A stretch of DNA of 63,949 nucleotides, filler included, from Octopus bimaculoides (Eukaryota): the NCBI RefSeq assembly GCF_001194135.2. It is 4 parts of 4 records of this genome, joined end to end, with 100 filler letters (N's around TTAATTAATTAA, not from the genome) between each part and the next. Parts side by side here need not be neighbours in the genome. Positions count along the whole stretch, not along the records: positions 1 to 27,899 come from NC_068993.1; positions 28,000 to 36,994 come from NC_068997.1; positions 37,095 to 53,789 come from NC_068982.1; 1 more part is not named here. One strand, 5' to 3'. Position 1 is the first letter of the stretch; each line of letters starts with the position of its first letter. Below are positions 25,950 to 37,465 of this stretch, in pieces. Below the pieces are notes generated by a model that did no database searches, was not told where the DNA came from, and saw only the letters and a program-made list of their open reading frames with translations. The position numbers and the translations under genes are program-made.

Positions 25950-26035
25950 ACCACCACCACCATCACTACCACAAGCACCACCACCATCACTACCACAAGC
26001 ACCACCACCATCACTACCACAAGCACCACCACCGT
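25950..26035. repeat. 24-bp tandem repeat x3 derived from (CAC)n
   Basis: caccaccaccatcactaccacaag repeated three times. Confidence 0.9.
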
Positions 26036-27899
26036 CATCATCATTGACAGCAGCAGCTCGATTAATTCCGTCATCGGGTGACAAAGGAATACATCTTGAT
26101 ATGATGTCACTTTTTNNNNNNNNNNNNNNNNNNNNNNNNNNNNNNNNNNNNNNNNNNNNNNNNNNNNNNNNNNNNNNNNNNNNNNNNNNNNNNNNNNNNN
26201 NNNNNNNNNNNNNNNNNNNNNNNNNNNNNNNNNNNNNNNNNNNNNNNNNNNNNNNNNNNNNNNNNNNNNNNNNNNNNNNNNNNNNNNNNNNNNNNNNNNN
26301 NNNNNNNNNNNNNNNNNNNNNNNNNNNNNNNNNNNNNNNNNNNNNNNNNNNNNNNNNNNNNNNNNNNNNNNNNNNNNNNNNNNNNNNNNNNNNNNNNNNN
26401 NNNNNNNNNNNNNNNNNNNNNNNNNNNNNNNNNNNNNNNNNNNNNNNNNNNNNNNNNNNNNNNNNNNNNNNNNNNNNNNNNNNNNNNNNNNNNNNNNNNN
26501 NNNNNNNNNNNNNNNNNNNNNNNNNNNNNNNNNNNNNNNNNNNNNNNNNNNNNNNNNNNNNNNNNNNNNNNNNNNNNNNNNNNNNNNNNNNNNNNNNNNN
26601 NNNNNNNNNNNNNNNNNNNNNNNNNNNNNNNNNNNNNNNNNNNNNNNNNNNNNNNNNNNNNNNNNNNNNNNNNNNNNNNNNNNNNNNNNNNNNNNNNNNN
26701 NNNNNNNNNNNNNNNNNNNNNNNNNNNNNNNNNNNNNNNNNNNNNNNNNNNNNNNNNNNNNNNNNNNNNNNNNNNNNNNNNNNNNNNNNNNNNNNNNNNN
26801 NNNNNNNNNNNNNNNNNNNNNNNNNNNNNNNNNNNNNNNNNNNNNNNNNNNNNNNNNNNNNNNNNNNNNNNNNNNNNNNNNNNNCTAAGGTACTAAGCTT
26901 ACAAAGAATAAGTCCTGAGATCGATTTGCTCGACTAAAGAGCAAGCAACTTTCTACAAATGAAAAAGTTAGAGGATATGAAGGAAATCATTGGGGGGGGG
27001 GGCTACAGTTCTCATTAGACAACCGTGAAGGAGAAAGAAGTTTTGTGGTCTGAGAAGAGAAAGAAGATAGTCCTGATATAATTTATAGCCCCATGGGGAA
27101 CAACGATTGTGATCAAGCTTTGAAACAGAAAAGTACAAAATAAAAGAATCTTTTCTTGGATTGCAAAGAGAAATAATACCAGACATGATTATTCCTAATC
27201 GATGTCGGCTGTAGAGAAATCTTTGTTTAGTCAAAGTGGAAAAGACTTAGAGTAACCAGAAGAACAGGAAAAGGGAGACAACAGTAGCAATTTATTAATC
27301 AGCATTCCACGAGGGAATCCACACTTTAAATCCTGAAATAGAGCATATCGGGTGTTAAATGAAGTGTAATGGTTTCGATCGAGAATCGAGATTGAGTCTC
27401 ACTAACACAAGTTTAATGTGGCTTTAGAAAGTTCATGAGTGATCGATTTTCGAGATATAACATGAATAAATCTTTCAATCACATATTTAATCACATATTT
27501 AATCACATATTTAATTAAGCTAACTTCACATGTTTTGAAGTTTCGGGTTTCGGGTTTCGGTTTTTCAAGTTTCGGGTTTCGGTTTTTCAAGATTTCCTCA
27601 CTACAGTAACAATAATCCAAGACGTGTCCTCTATTTTACCTTTCTTACTGCTACTACTTCATCCTCTGCTCTAATCATCTGGTTGCAATCCAGGCCTAAC
27701 CCCGTCAACACATCCTTTTCTATCTCCCTGTCCCTCGTGTGTCTCACTTTAACTAAAGAAACAGAAAAGAATCTGTTTTCCTTGTTCGTTCAAACTTCCC
27801 CGTCTGGACATTGCTCTCAAGCCCCATTATTTCTTATTCTTATTCGTCAAAACGAAGATGATCCGCATCGGATTTACCAGTCTGGATATCTTTTTATCA

Positions 27900-27999
27900 N
27901 NNNNNNNNNNNNNNNNNNNNNNNNNNNNNNNNNNNNNNNNNNNTTAATTAATTAANNNNNNNNNNNNNNNNNNNNNNNNNNNNNNNNNNNNNNNNNNNN
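27900..27999. other. Artificial scaffold spacer 44N-TTAATTAATTAA-44N
   Basis: Exactly 100 bp; the same layout recurs at 36995-37094 and 53790-53889. The 12-mer gives stops in all six frames. Confidence 0.95.
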
Positions 28000-28571
28000 T
28001 ATATATGTTTACACATAGACATATATCTTTTACTTGTTTCGGTCATTAGACGGCGGCTATGCTGGTATATTTCACTGAAGAAAAATATTAGAAGCAATAA
28101 TTTGATACACTGGGCGTGAAGCGAACCTGGATGGGTTGCTTGTAAGGCAACCATGTTAAGCGTTTCACAACTACACAACCATATAATGATAATTACCCTC
28201 TATTATAATAATTTTTTTATCATCATGATCATAACCTACATCATTATTTTTATTACTATAACCATTAAACGAAAACACTCCAGTGGATATTACTAGCGAT
28301 GTAACAACATAAGTTCTAACCGACTTTTAAAGTACTTTCTCCAGTACTTCAACATAATCTCTAATTAATAGACATTAGATCGATACCAATCATTGCTAAA
28401 GTGGAGTATTTGCTCTCTTGGGCAAAATGAGGAGATTGTTCTTCGATCATATTCATCTTGTGCGTGTGTTACATTATTTCTTTGCTTTTTAAATAATTTT
28501 CTCGGTGTAACTTCATCCTCTAGAATTTAAAGAATATGTGATATTTTAGATATAAATTTGATATTTGAATG

Positions 28572-28748
28572 TACGAAGGGGTACTGAACTGTTCCAGATT
28601 TTGGGTAGAAGAAAATACAGAATGATCCGTTAACTATGATTTTACTTATCATATTCCTTCCTCAGATTCACACACTTATTCCAGCGGTCCTTCTAAGCCC
28701 TGTAAAATAACTTGGAAGTTTAAACCTCAAACCAGGCGTTCCGTGTAT
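28572..28748 (+). mobile_element. Same mariner-type MITE, truncated at 3' by (ATAC)n
   Basis: Starts TAcgaaggggtactgaactgttcc; shares gatc.gttaa.tatgatttta, cacttatt.cagcggtcctt and caaaccaggc with 10806-11027. Confidence 0.7.
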
Positions 28749-28784
28749 ACATACATACATACATACATACATACATACATGTGA

Positions 28785-28935
28785 AGATGCGTGGACTAGT
28801 GGTTAGTGTGTTGGTCTCACGATCACAAGACTGCGTGTTCCATTCGCGGATGAAGCGGTACGCTTTGCTCCCGTGCAAAGCACTTCATTTCACGTTGCTC
28901 TCCTATCATGTAAGCGTCGGACGTGTAACACACTT
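28785..28935 (+). mobile_element. tRNA-derived SINE family 3 head (related copy at 38790-38985 on -)
   Basis: gatgcgtggactagtggttagtgtgttggtctcacgatcacaag...gcacttcatttcacgttgctc. The 38.8-kb copy carries the reverse-complement core gctgagtgaactagagc.aagtgaaatgaagcg.tttgctcaa. Confidence 0.6.
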
Positions 28936-30063
28936 GTGCACATCTACAGACAACTTCAATTTGTTGGAGAGACCGAGCGAACGTACAGCGGATATATTTG
29001 ATCAACATAAACACATCATTTGTGCAGGTTATTTAGCAAAGATTGACCACTCAAACGAGGTCTACGGCAGGAGACCCCCCCCCCTACATATATATATACA
29101 TCCACATCCACACAAACACTCATACAAACATATATCTGAACATGGAATCTGAAAATTTTTGCCTTCTGTCCTTTATATAATGTGACTGGAAACTTACGAT
29201 TTAATTATGCTTAAATATGAAATTAAAGAAAATGGGTAAAATAACGTATACCCCACCCCTACACACATTACTATGCGCGAATCCACGAGTAACCACAGAT
29301 CGTATTGTATTACGATTGTTAGTTTCACTTTTTCTGGAAGTCATCGGTTAATGATGCTAATTCCTTCTTTGGATTCTTAAAAATTACAAAATACAAAACA
29401 AAACAAAAACGTAGGGATTTTATTTGAGATAATTGCTGCATCATCTGTGCCGTCTTCTCCGTTTAGAAAGGATAGTTTGTAAAGCGGTCGTGGCAGAGAA
29501 CAGTGAGCCTCATCCACTGCAGTGGAGCTAAGGGTTGACGGGTCGCCTTTCTCATACGCCACCACCTCATCCAAATGTGATGCAAGAGTCATATACTTGA
29601 ATCGTTTGTCTTTTACTTCTTACTTGTTTCGGTCATTATGCCGCGGTCATGCTGGGGCATTTCTAGATGGATGAGTCAACACGTTATTTATTGTACTCTT
29701 GCTTTAAGCCTGATACTCTCTGCCGGAATATTGGAACAGGTTGTCACAGTTGAAACATCTTACCAGAAAGGTTTGCACAAGCAACAGCAAGTATGATACC
29801 GTCTGGAATAACGTCTTAGATACTCTCTCGACGTTAGCTGAAATGGTCACGATCCAGATTCTGCAAGATCGAAGCTGACCTGGGGCTAAATATCTAAGAA
29901 AATAACGACCATGTGACTAGAACCGCGTTAATCTTTCAATTCCACTTTGTATTTTCTTCAGAGAGTCTAGTTTGCTCATCAGTTTTTGCATAGTCTCTGT
30001 CTATCTGTTTGTCTATCTGTCTAACAATAATCTCTCTCTGTTTACCACTCTCTCCCTGTACGT

Positions 30064-30173
<110 letters not shown>

Positions 30174-30311
30174 ACACACACACATACACACACACAGATA
30201 TATGTATGTATACATGTATGTATGCATGCATGTATGTATGTACGATTCGCCATGCTGGACCGCTGAAATCTACAAATTTCTTTTCTTCTCTCTGTTTATT
30301 TTCTCTTATTC

Positions 30312-30347
30312 CTTTCTGTTGAAGAGCGTAGGCTCGAAACGTAAATG
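30312..30347 (+). ncRNA. Minimal hammerhead motif of a second family
   Basis: CTTT-CTGTTGA-A-GAGC/gtag/GCTC-GAAA-CG-TA-AATG. Stem II is perfect, stem III is the palindrome ACGT and stem I pairs 3 of 4. The core reads CUGUUGA rather than CUGAUGA. Confidence 0.55.
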
Positions 30348-30945
30348 ACTTTTCCTTTTCTTTCCAAGTGTAAAACTAATACACTTGCTTGTTATCCCTA
30401 CACCTGTCTTCCTCTTTTGTTTTTCTATAAATTTCAACTATATATATATATGTACCCGAATTATATCAAACAACTTGCAACATTGGATGTTATGTAACAA
30501 TATATAAATTTGAAATAGATGAAACTTCATGATATAATATACTTTAACTGTAGCTTTGAAACTGGCATATGATATATAACCGCGGTATGGCTATAAACAT
30601 GAGCCAAAATATATGCCTCAGACATAGCTACAAGATCGTGGTATACATAATATATACAATATACATTTGTAACATAGCTATCTGTCTGGGTTATGCTACA
30701 TATCTGAGGTTACGTTGTCAACCCTGAGTATAGCTATTGCCCTGGGGAATATAAAAATCTGGTTATATATAGACTAGAGAATCTATTCTAAAATGTGATT
30801 AACGAAGTAAATCTTAACACGTTACTAATAAGCTTAACGTAACAATAATATGTTAGATAACACATGTAATCTTGTATAATACAACATCGTAATAAGTTAC
30901 TGATGTAGACACAACTCGCACAACATACACACACATATATAAACG

Positions 30946-30982
<37 letters not shown>

Positions 30983-31020
30983 GTACGAGTGAGTGTGTGA
31001 TTGTATGTATGTGTGTATAT

Positions 31021-31105
<85 letters not shown>

Positions 31106-31668
31106 TATACATATTTACATGTGTGTGTGTGTGTAAAAATACATGGATGTCGGTGAAAGTTTCTGCTTTTAGTTGCTCGATCAAAGCTCCTCGAATTAGC
31201 GTGCATAATCGGCCGAGTATCCCAAAGATACATTTATCCTTAACGTAATGCTCTCAAGCAAAATCAGCGTGACATAATGTAGCACACACTGACCTCTAAA
31301 TTAAAGGGAAAAGTCCAAGAGTTGGGCTTCCTCACAGTTTCCATCTGCCTGATTTGTGTATAGATGTGTATTCATGTGTGAAATATGCATGTACGTATGC
31401 AATTATGACTGTTTATATATACATGCAACTGTGTGCGCGTGTGCGTGTGGCTTTTGGTCAAAAACTCTTTAAACAGGAGAGAAGAGATATTTCTTAATAC
31501 AATATTGTTATATTTGTACGAGCTCGGAACTTTTTCTGGTTGTTACTCACTCTCCCATCTTCCGATAATGATTTCAAATGACGAGGCATTGTGAATGAAA
31601 TTACGTAGATATATATATATATATAGATATAGATAGATAGATAGAAAGACAGACAGACAGACAGACAT

Positions 31669-31709
<41 letters not shown>

Positions 31710-32219
31710 CAGATAGATAGATAGATATATGGATAGATAGATAGGTAGATAGATAGATAGATATGTGTAGATGAGTTCGAGCGTCTTGCCTGAGTGTACT
31801 ATTATATATGTGTGTACCTCATAGAAGACAAATCTGCCATTACGTATACGACACCCTTATTACGACACCCCTATTATTTTCTAGAGAACCCAGGGTTCTC
31901 TAGAAAACTTCCAACTCCCCAAAAGAGTGAGAGAAGAAGGAATTCAGCAAAAAACTAGGATCCCCTTTTGATCAGGGACTTAATCAACGAACTCAATAAA
32001 GCCGTCACTATTTCTTAAGATTAATCCCCTCCGTCGACTGCCATGCCCACCACCTTCTGATGATACTCTATAAATTCTAAACGCCAGTGATGGTGTTCAG
32101 CTTTACATCACTACCCGCCTGTATCATTGTTAATATACTCCAACCTCAACACACCTCATTTTGCGTCCATTAACACCTTGCCTGGATGTGTGACTGACAT
32201 GATGTTCTGTGACACGCAA

Positions 32220-32250
<31 letters not shown>

Positions 32251-32487
32251 AATGTATATAAGCATATACGACGTTGACACACCCACATACACAGACACAC
32301 ACTCGCGTATAGACACACAGGTGTATGGACACAGACACACACACACACATACGCACATGCACGTTTATGTATTTATATTTTCCTTCAATGAAGAATATTG
32401 ATGTGGACATGTGTGCGCTTGAGAGTGTTTATAATATACATTTATATAGCCATGCATATAATATACTACAGTATAATTATCTATCTA

Positions 32488-32520
<33 letters not shown>

Positions 32521-32578
32521 GCTTGAGTGTGTATGAGGCAGTGATCCAGCATGGCCGCAGTCAGAAACAAATAAAAGA

Positions 32579-32609
<31 letters not shown>

Positions 32610-32709
32610 CATACAGATGTAGATCTTAATATATATACATGAACTAAAGGCANNNNNNNNNNCATATATAAATATATATATATATACAAATATATATATG
32701 TTGTGTGTG

Positions 32710-32744
<35 letters not shown>

Positions 32745-33244
32745 GGGTGAAAAAGAGAGAGAGAGATGCATACGTACATATACATATATTCGTAAATTCG
32801 CATACACACACACATATATATCGGTGAATGGTGAACAGGTTCTGTAAATAATATCTGTTAAATAAATACATTAGTTTATCGTTACAAATTCCTATATTTA
32901 GTACTGCGTATCATTGTAGCGTCTGGTATGTTTTAATATAAACATATACAACAGCAGTCATAGAAAACTCAGAGTAAATAACAGCGAAAACTGCACAGTG
33001 CGCTAAAAGCAACGATCCATATCAATTCTATACAATGTGGATATGTGCGTCGGAGCGTGACATGGTGTTAATATAACAGCGGATTTCCCTCTCTTTGAGG
33101 TTATCGATAGTCAATTTTTAATATGTTGCTGTTTATTTAGGTCTTTTAGTAAGTTTCTTGGCCACACATATGCCAGGTTAACGCACATGACATTTCTTTG
33201 TGTGCATCTTAGCATCTTGTTTTACCACACACACACACATACTT

Positions 33245-33281
<37 letters not shown>

Positions 33282-35381
33282 CACACATATGTATGTATAT
33301 GTATATGTATATATATATATANNNNNNNNNNNNNNNNNNNNNNNNNNNNNNNNNNNNNNNNNNNNNNNNNNNNNNNNNNNNNNNNNNNNNNNNNNNNNNN
33401 NNNNNNNNNNNNNNNNNNNNNNNNNNNNNNNNNNNNNNNNNNNNNNNNNNNNNNNNNNNNNNNNNNNNNNNNNNNNNNNNNNNNNNNNNNNNNNNNNNNN
33501 NNNNNNNNNNNNNNNNNNNNNNNNNNNNNNNNNNNNNNNNNNNNNNNNNNNNNNNNNNNNNNNNNNNNNNNNNNNNNNNNNNNNNNNNNNNNNNNNNNNN
33601 NNNNNNNNNNNNNNNNNNNNNNNNNNNNNNNNNNNNNNNNNNNNNNNNNNNNNNNNNNNNNNNNNNNNNNNNNNNNNNNNNNNNNNNNNNNNNNNNNNNN
33701 NNNNNNNNNNNNNNNNNNNNNNNNNNNNNNNNNATATATGTATGTATGTTTAGCTGTGCTAATGAGAAAAATCAAACACAGTTCCATTCACATCCACAAT
33801 GCCGTATTTCGTCGGCCCCGGTAATCGACCACACACCTTGCTAACCCGTCGTCCTTGATATTCATGAAGGGCTGCTACACATTAAATCACCCGTCTAGCC
33901 TCGGATATTCACAACCCTATAGTTCCCAGTTTAAGATACTCTAAGAATGATTTCCAATTACATCGTCTTCACAAAGCCGATAAAATAATGATCGATGACA
34001 TTCTGGTATCGATTAAATTGGTTTGTCATGCCAACACTTGATTTAGAAATTTCTGTTTGTTTGAACACCCATGAGATCATTCAGGTCATATGGTGGCTTG
34101 GTGCCTCTCTTACGCCACATATCATCCTAGAAATAGAAGTAAAATCTGTCTATACTCCTACCCAGTGGTCTTTAAAACAGCAGCGAAGAATGTATTTGAT
34201 AATTTACTCCGAGATTCAATGTGAATAAAAGATGGGATGGTCGCATTCGGAGCGCCTCTGATTATAAACTTGCCCTCTCAAATACTGAATACAATGACTA
34301 GATGTTGTCGCCTGTTTGTGCTTATACGATCTCCTAGAAATAGCAGTCAGTTATTTCTTCAATCACATTCTTTTCCTATCAAAAGGAAGGCTACATTGTA
34401 TTATACGGAATGGTCACGACTGGGAGATTTTCGACCAAAGGTCTGCTCAAAGGATTACTTACAACAGCAGCAAGTTAATTTTACAAATGACTTGCTAGAA
34501 ACAACAGTCAAATCTATCCCTTTCGAATGACAAGAATAATACATTGGGGAATGTAATTTTTGATGTACAACAGAATGGCTATAAGTGGAATGGATTTTAT
34601 AATAGGCATTCTGGATCAGTATAGACCTGGGGTTAAAGACATTCGGCGTCCTTGAACTATAGCAGAAAACATTTGTCCAAGGTGCCAGGACGGAATTCCG
34701 ACGCGAGATCTTTAAACGGACAGCCATTTATTTTATGGAATTTAAGTGATTCTTCTTGCACTCACAGACCACCTGGAGTCAGAAGAAATTCTATCGATTA
34801 AATCAAGCACTTTACATCAACAGCATCACTTTCGCTAGACGCGTTCCAGATTTCTTGGTTTGGTTAGCTTAGAATGATTCTATCTTGGCTGTGAGACTCT
34901 ACAATTCTTGGTCAAGGCTGGAACGAAAAAGAAAAAAAAAAAAGAGAAAAAAAACTCAAATTCCACTTGATAAATATTTGCCAAATCGATCAAAAACCAA
35001 TATCGATTACATTCGATCAGGAATTGGCAAGAGAACTTGGGGAGGGCTGGTGGAGAAATCGATAACTTCCGATACATGTGTATTCTTCTTTGATTGATTG
35101 TTAATCACTGGACTGCGGCCATGCTGGGGTATCGCCTTCAAGGTGCTCACTCAAAAATATCGATCCCTATACTCTGTCTGGTGTTTATTGCATCGATCTT
35201 GTAAGATACGAAAGCGAGCAGTAAACAGAGGCGCAAAGAGGAGATAATTCGATCGGAAATTACTTTGAGGCCCTTTCTGCTCGCATGTACCGGTCCTCAC
35301 TGCGTTCTGAGATTAAGACATTCTCTAGAAGGACACACACACACACACACATACACACACACGCACACACTCACACATGCA

Positions 35382-35457
<76 letters not shown>

Positions 35458-36444
35458 TATCCACAGACACAGTTACATATTTGAATACTCAGAGTCATAT
35501 GAGAGGTAATTCTGTGCCACCCTGGGTAATATTAGGAAATATGGTAATCTTATAGTAATTACAACTTAATTCAAATTTTTTTGTACTTCTAGAAAACCAC
35601 GAAATGTATCCTAATTTTCAAACGAAAAATATTTCTCATTTAGAAATTAGAGAAAACCAATTTCTTCCGTTCCTCGTCCCATCAAAACTCCGTTATTTAC
35701 TTCCTCTGTCCCTCTTACTCTGTCTCTATGATCCTCTCTCACCACTCCTCCTACACCTCTTATGTTAAAACTCCCGTTATTGTTCTTTCACTCTGTTGTT
35801 CTCTTCCTCCCCCTGTGAAGCGCGAGTAGACACATCCACCAACCAGCCAACCACCCAACCAACCAACGTTTATTTACATCGGCTATTATTATACAGAAAT
35901 ACATGGCGGGCTGTAAACACAATCATACTCTACCAAATATATTTATTGTAAACGGTTAAACTGATGCGAGACTAACTTACAAGAACAATGCTTGAGAAAA
36001 ATGCATTATCGTTCTGATAAGCCCAAAAGCTCACGGGAGTTTTGAAAGAAGCATTCTTTAACTTCGTAACCACAAGCCTCTCTTGTACCCATATCGTTTT
36101 TAAGACAGCTTCCCAAGACCACAAAGTTTAACACTAATTCTTGTCAAATTTAATTCTACACCTTAATGAATGTGATATTAAATAACAAATCTTTAACTCG
36201 ACAGAATTTTTTGTTTCATTCCTGATGTTTCCTCCTGGAAATCCTCCACCAAAATATAAGAATGACAAGGAAAATAACCGTAAAGAAATCAGGCCAAAAT
36301 ACAATTAGGAAGATGATTGTAATCGTTGTTAAGAGATCAAATGGATACACACTCATATTTATATTTTATGATTTAGCAAAGGAAAAGAGGATAAAAAATA
36401 TACATATAAAATATGCTTTAGGGCGTGTGTGTGTGTGTGTATGT

Positions 36445-36475
<31 letters not shown>

Positions 36476-36759
36476 GAGTGTGAGATGGGGTGTTGTATGT
36501 CTGTCTCTTCCTTACGCTCTTACAAGATATGAACTTGTAAATAACATAATAAATCTATGTTTATTCAAATATATATGTGGGGTGGGTGGTTAGAGGTGTG
36601 TGAGCGTGTGCATGTGTGTGTTATTACATGTGTCAGTGTGCGTCTATATGTGTGTGCTTATGTATGAAGACATGTAGATACAAAGACAGGTAGATAGATA
36701 GACAGGTAGATGTGTAGGCAGAGAGACTGATAGACAGACAGACAGGTAAATAGACAGAC

Positions 36760-36805
<46 letters not shown>

Positions 36806-36994
36806 ATGAATACATAGAATGATAGTACTATATAGATTGGTAGCTACATAGATAGAACGGTAGTAAGATAGATAAATTGATGGATAGATAGATAATACGT
36901 TGATAAATAAGAAAGTACTTAGGTAGACAAATAGATAGAAAGATAGATAGATAAATAGATAGAAAGATAGATAGATAGAGATATGTTGAGGAGC

Positions 36995-37094
36995 NNNNNN
37001 NNNNNNNNNNNNNNNNNNNNNNNNNNNNNNNNNNNNNNTTAATTAATTAANNNNNNNNNNNNNNNNNNNNNNNNNNNNNNNNNNNNNNNNNNNN
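36995..37094. other. Artificial scaffold spacer
   Basis: 44N-TTAATTAATTAA-44N. Confidence 0.95.
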
Positions 37095-37465
37095 CGTACG
37101 TACGTATGGATGTAGGTACGTACCTACGAACGTACGTATGGATGTACGTACGTACCTACGTACGTACATGCGTGTACCTACGTTACTACGCATCGATGTA
37201 CGTACGTACCTACGTATGGACTTACGTACGTACCTACGTATCTAGGTATGAATGTACGTACGTACCTACGTATGGATGTACGTACGTACCTATGTACGTA
37301 CGTACGTATGGGTGTACGTACGTAATGATGTACGTACGTACTTACATACGTACGTATGGATGTATGTACGCATGGATGTACGTACGTATGGATGTATGTA
37401 CGTATGGATGTACGTACGTATGGATGTACGTACGTATGGATGTACGTACCTATGGATGTACGTAC
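37095..37465. repeat. TACG-based minisatellite (unit about TACGTACGTATGGATG)
   Basis: Repeated cgtacgtacgtatggatgta with variants; begins immediately after a scaffold spacer. Confidence 0.92.

Noticed and set aside
27944-27955. TTAATTAATTAA islands inside N runs (also 37039-37050 and 53834-53845), resembling a conserved homeobox or PacI motif
   Set aside because: Identical 44N-12mer-44N layout three times; an assembler spacer with six-frame stops, not biological.
28290-28470. Possible Tc1-like transposase trace (PHF..., YVEVLEKV) on the minus strand
   Set aside because: Too short and degenerate to call.
28785-28860. tRNA-like sequence
   Set aside because: Degenerate arms with no complete cloverleaf, and it continues into a SINE body; the same applies to the other SINE heads.
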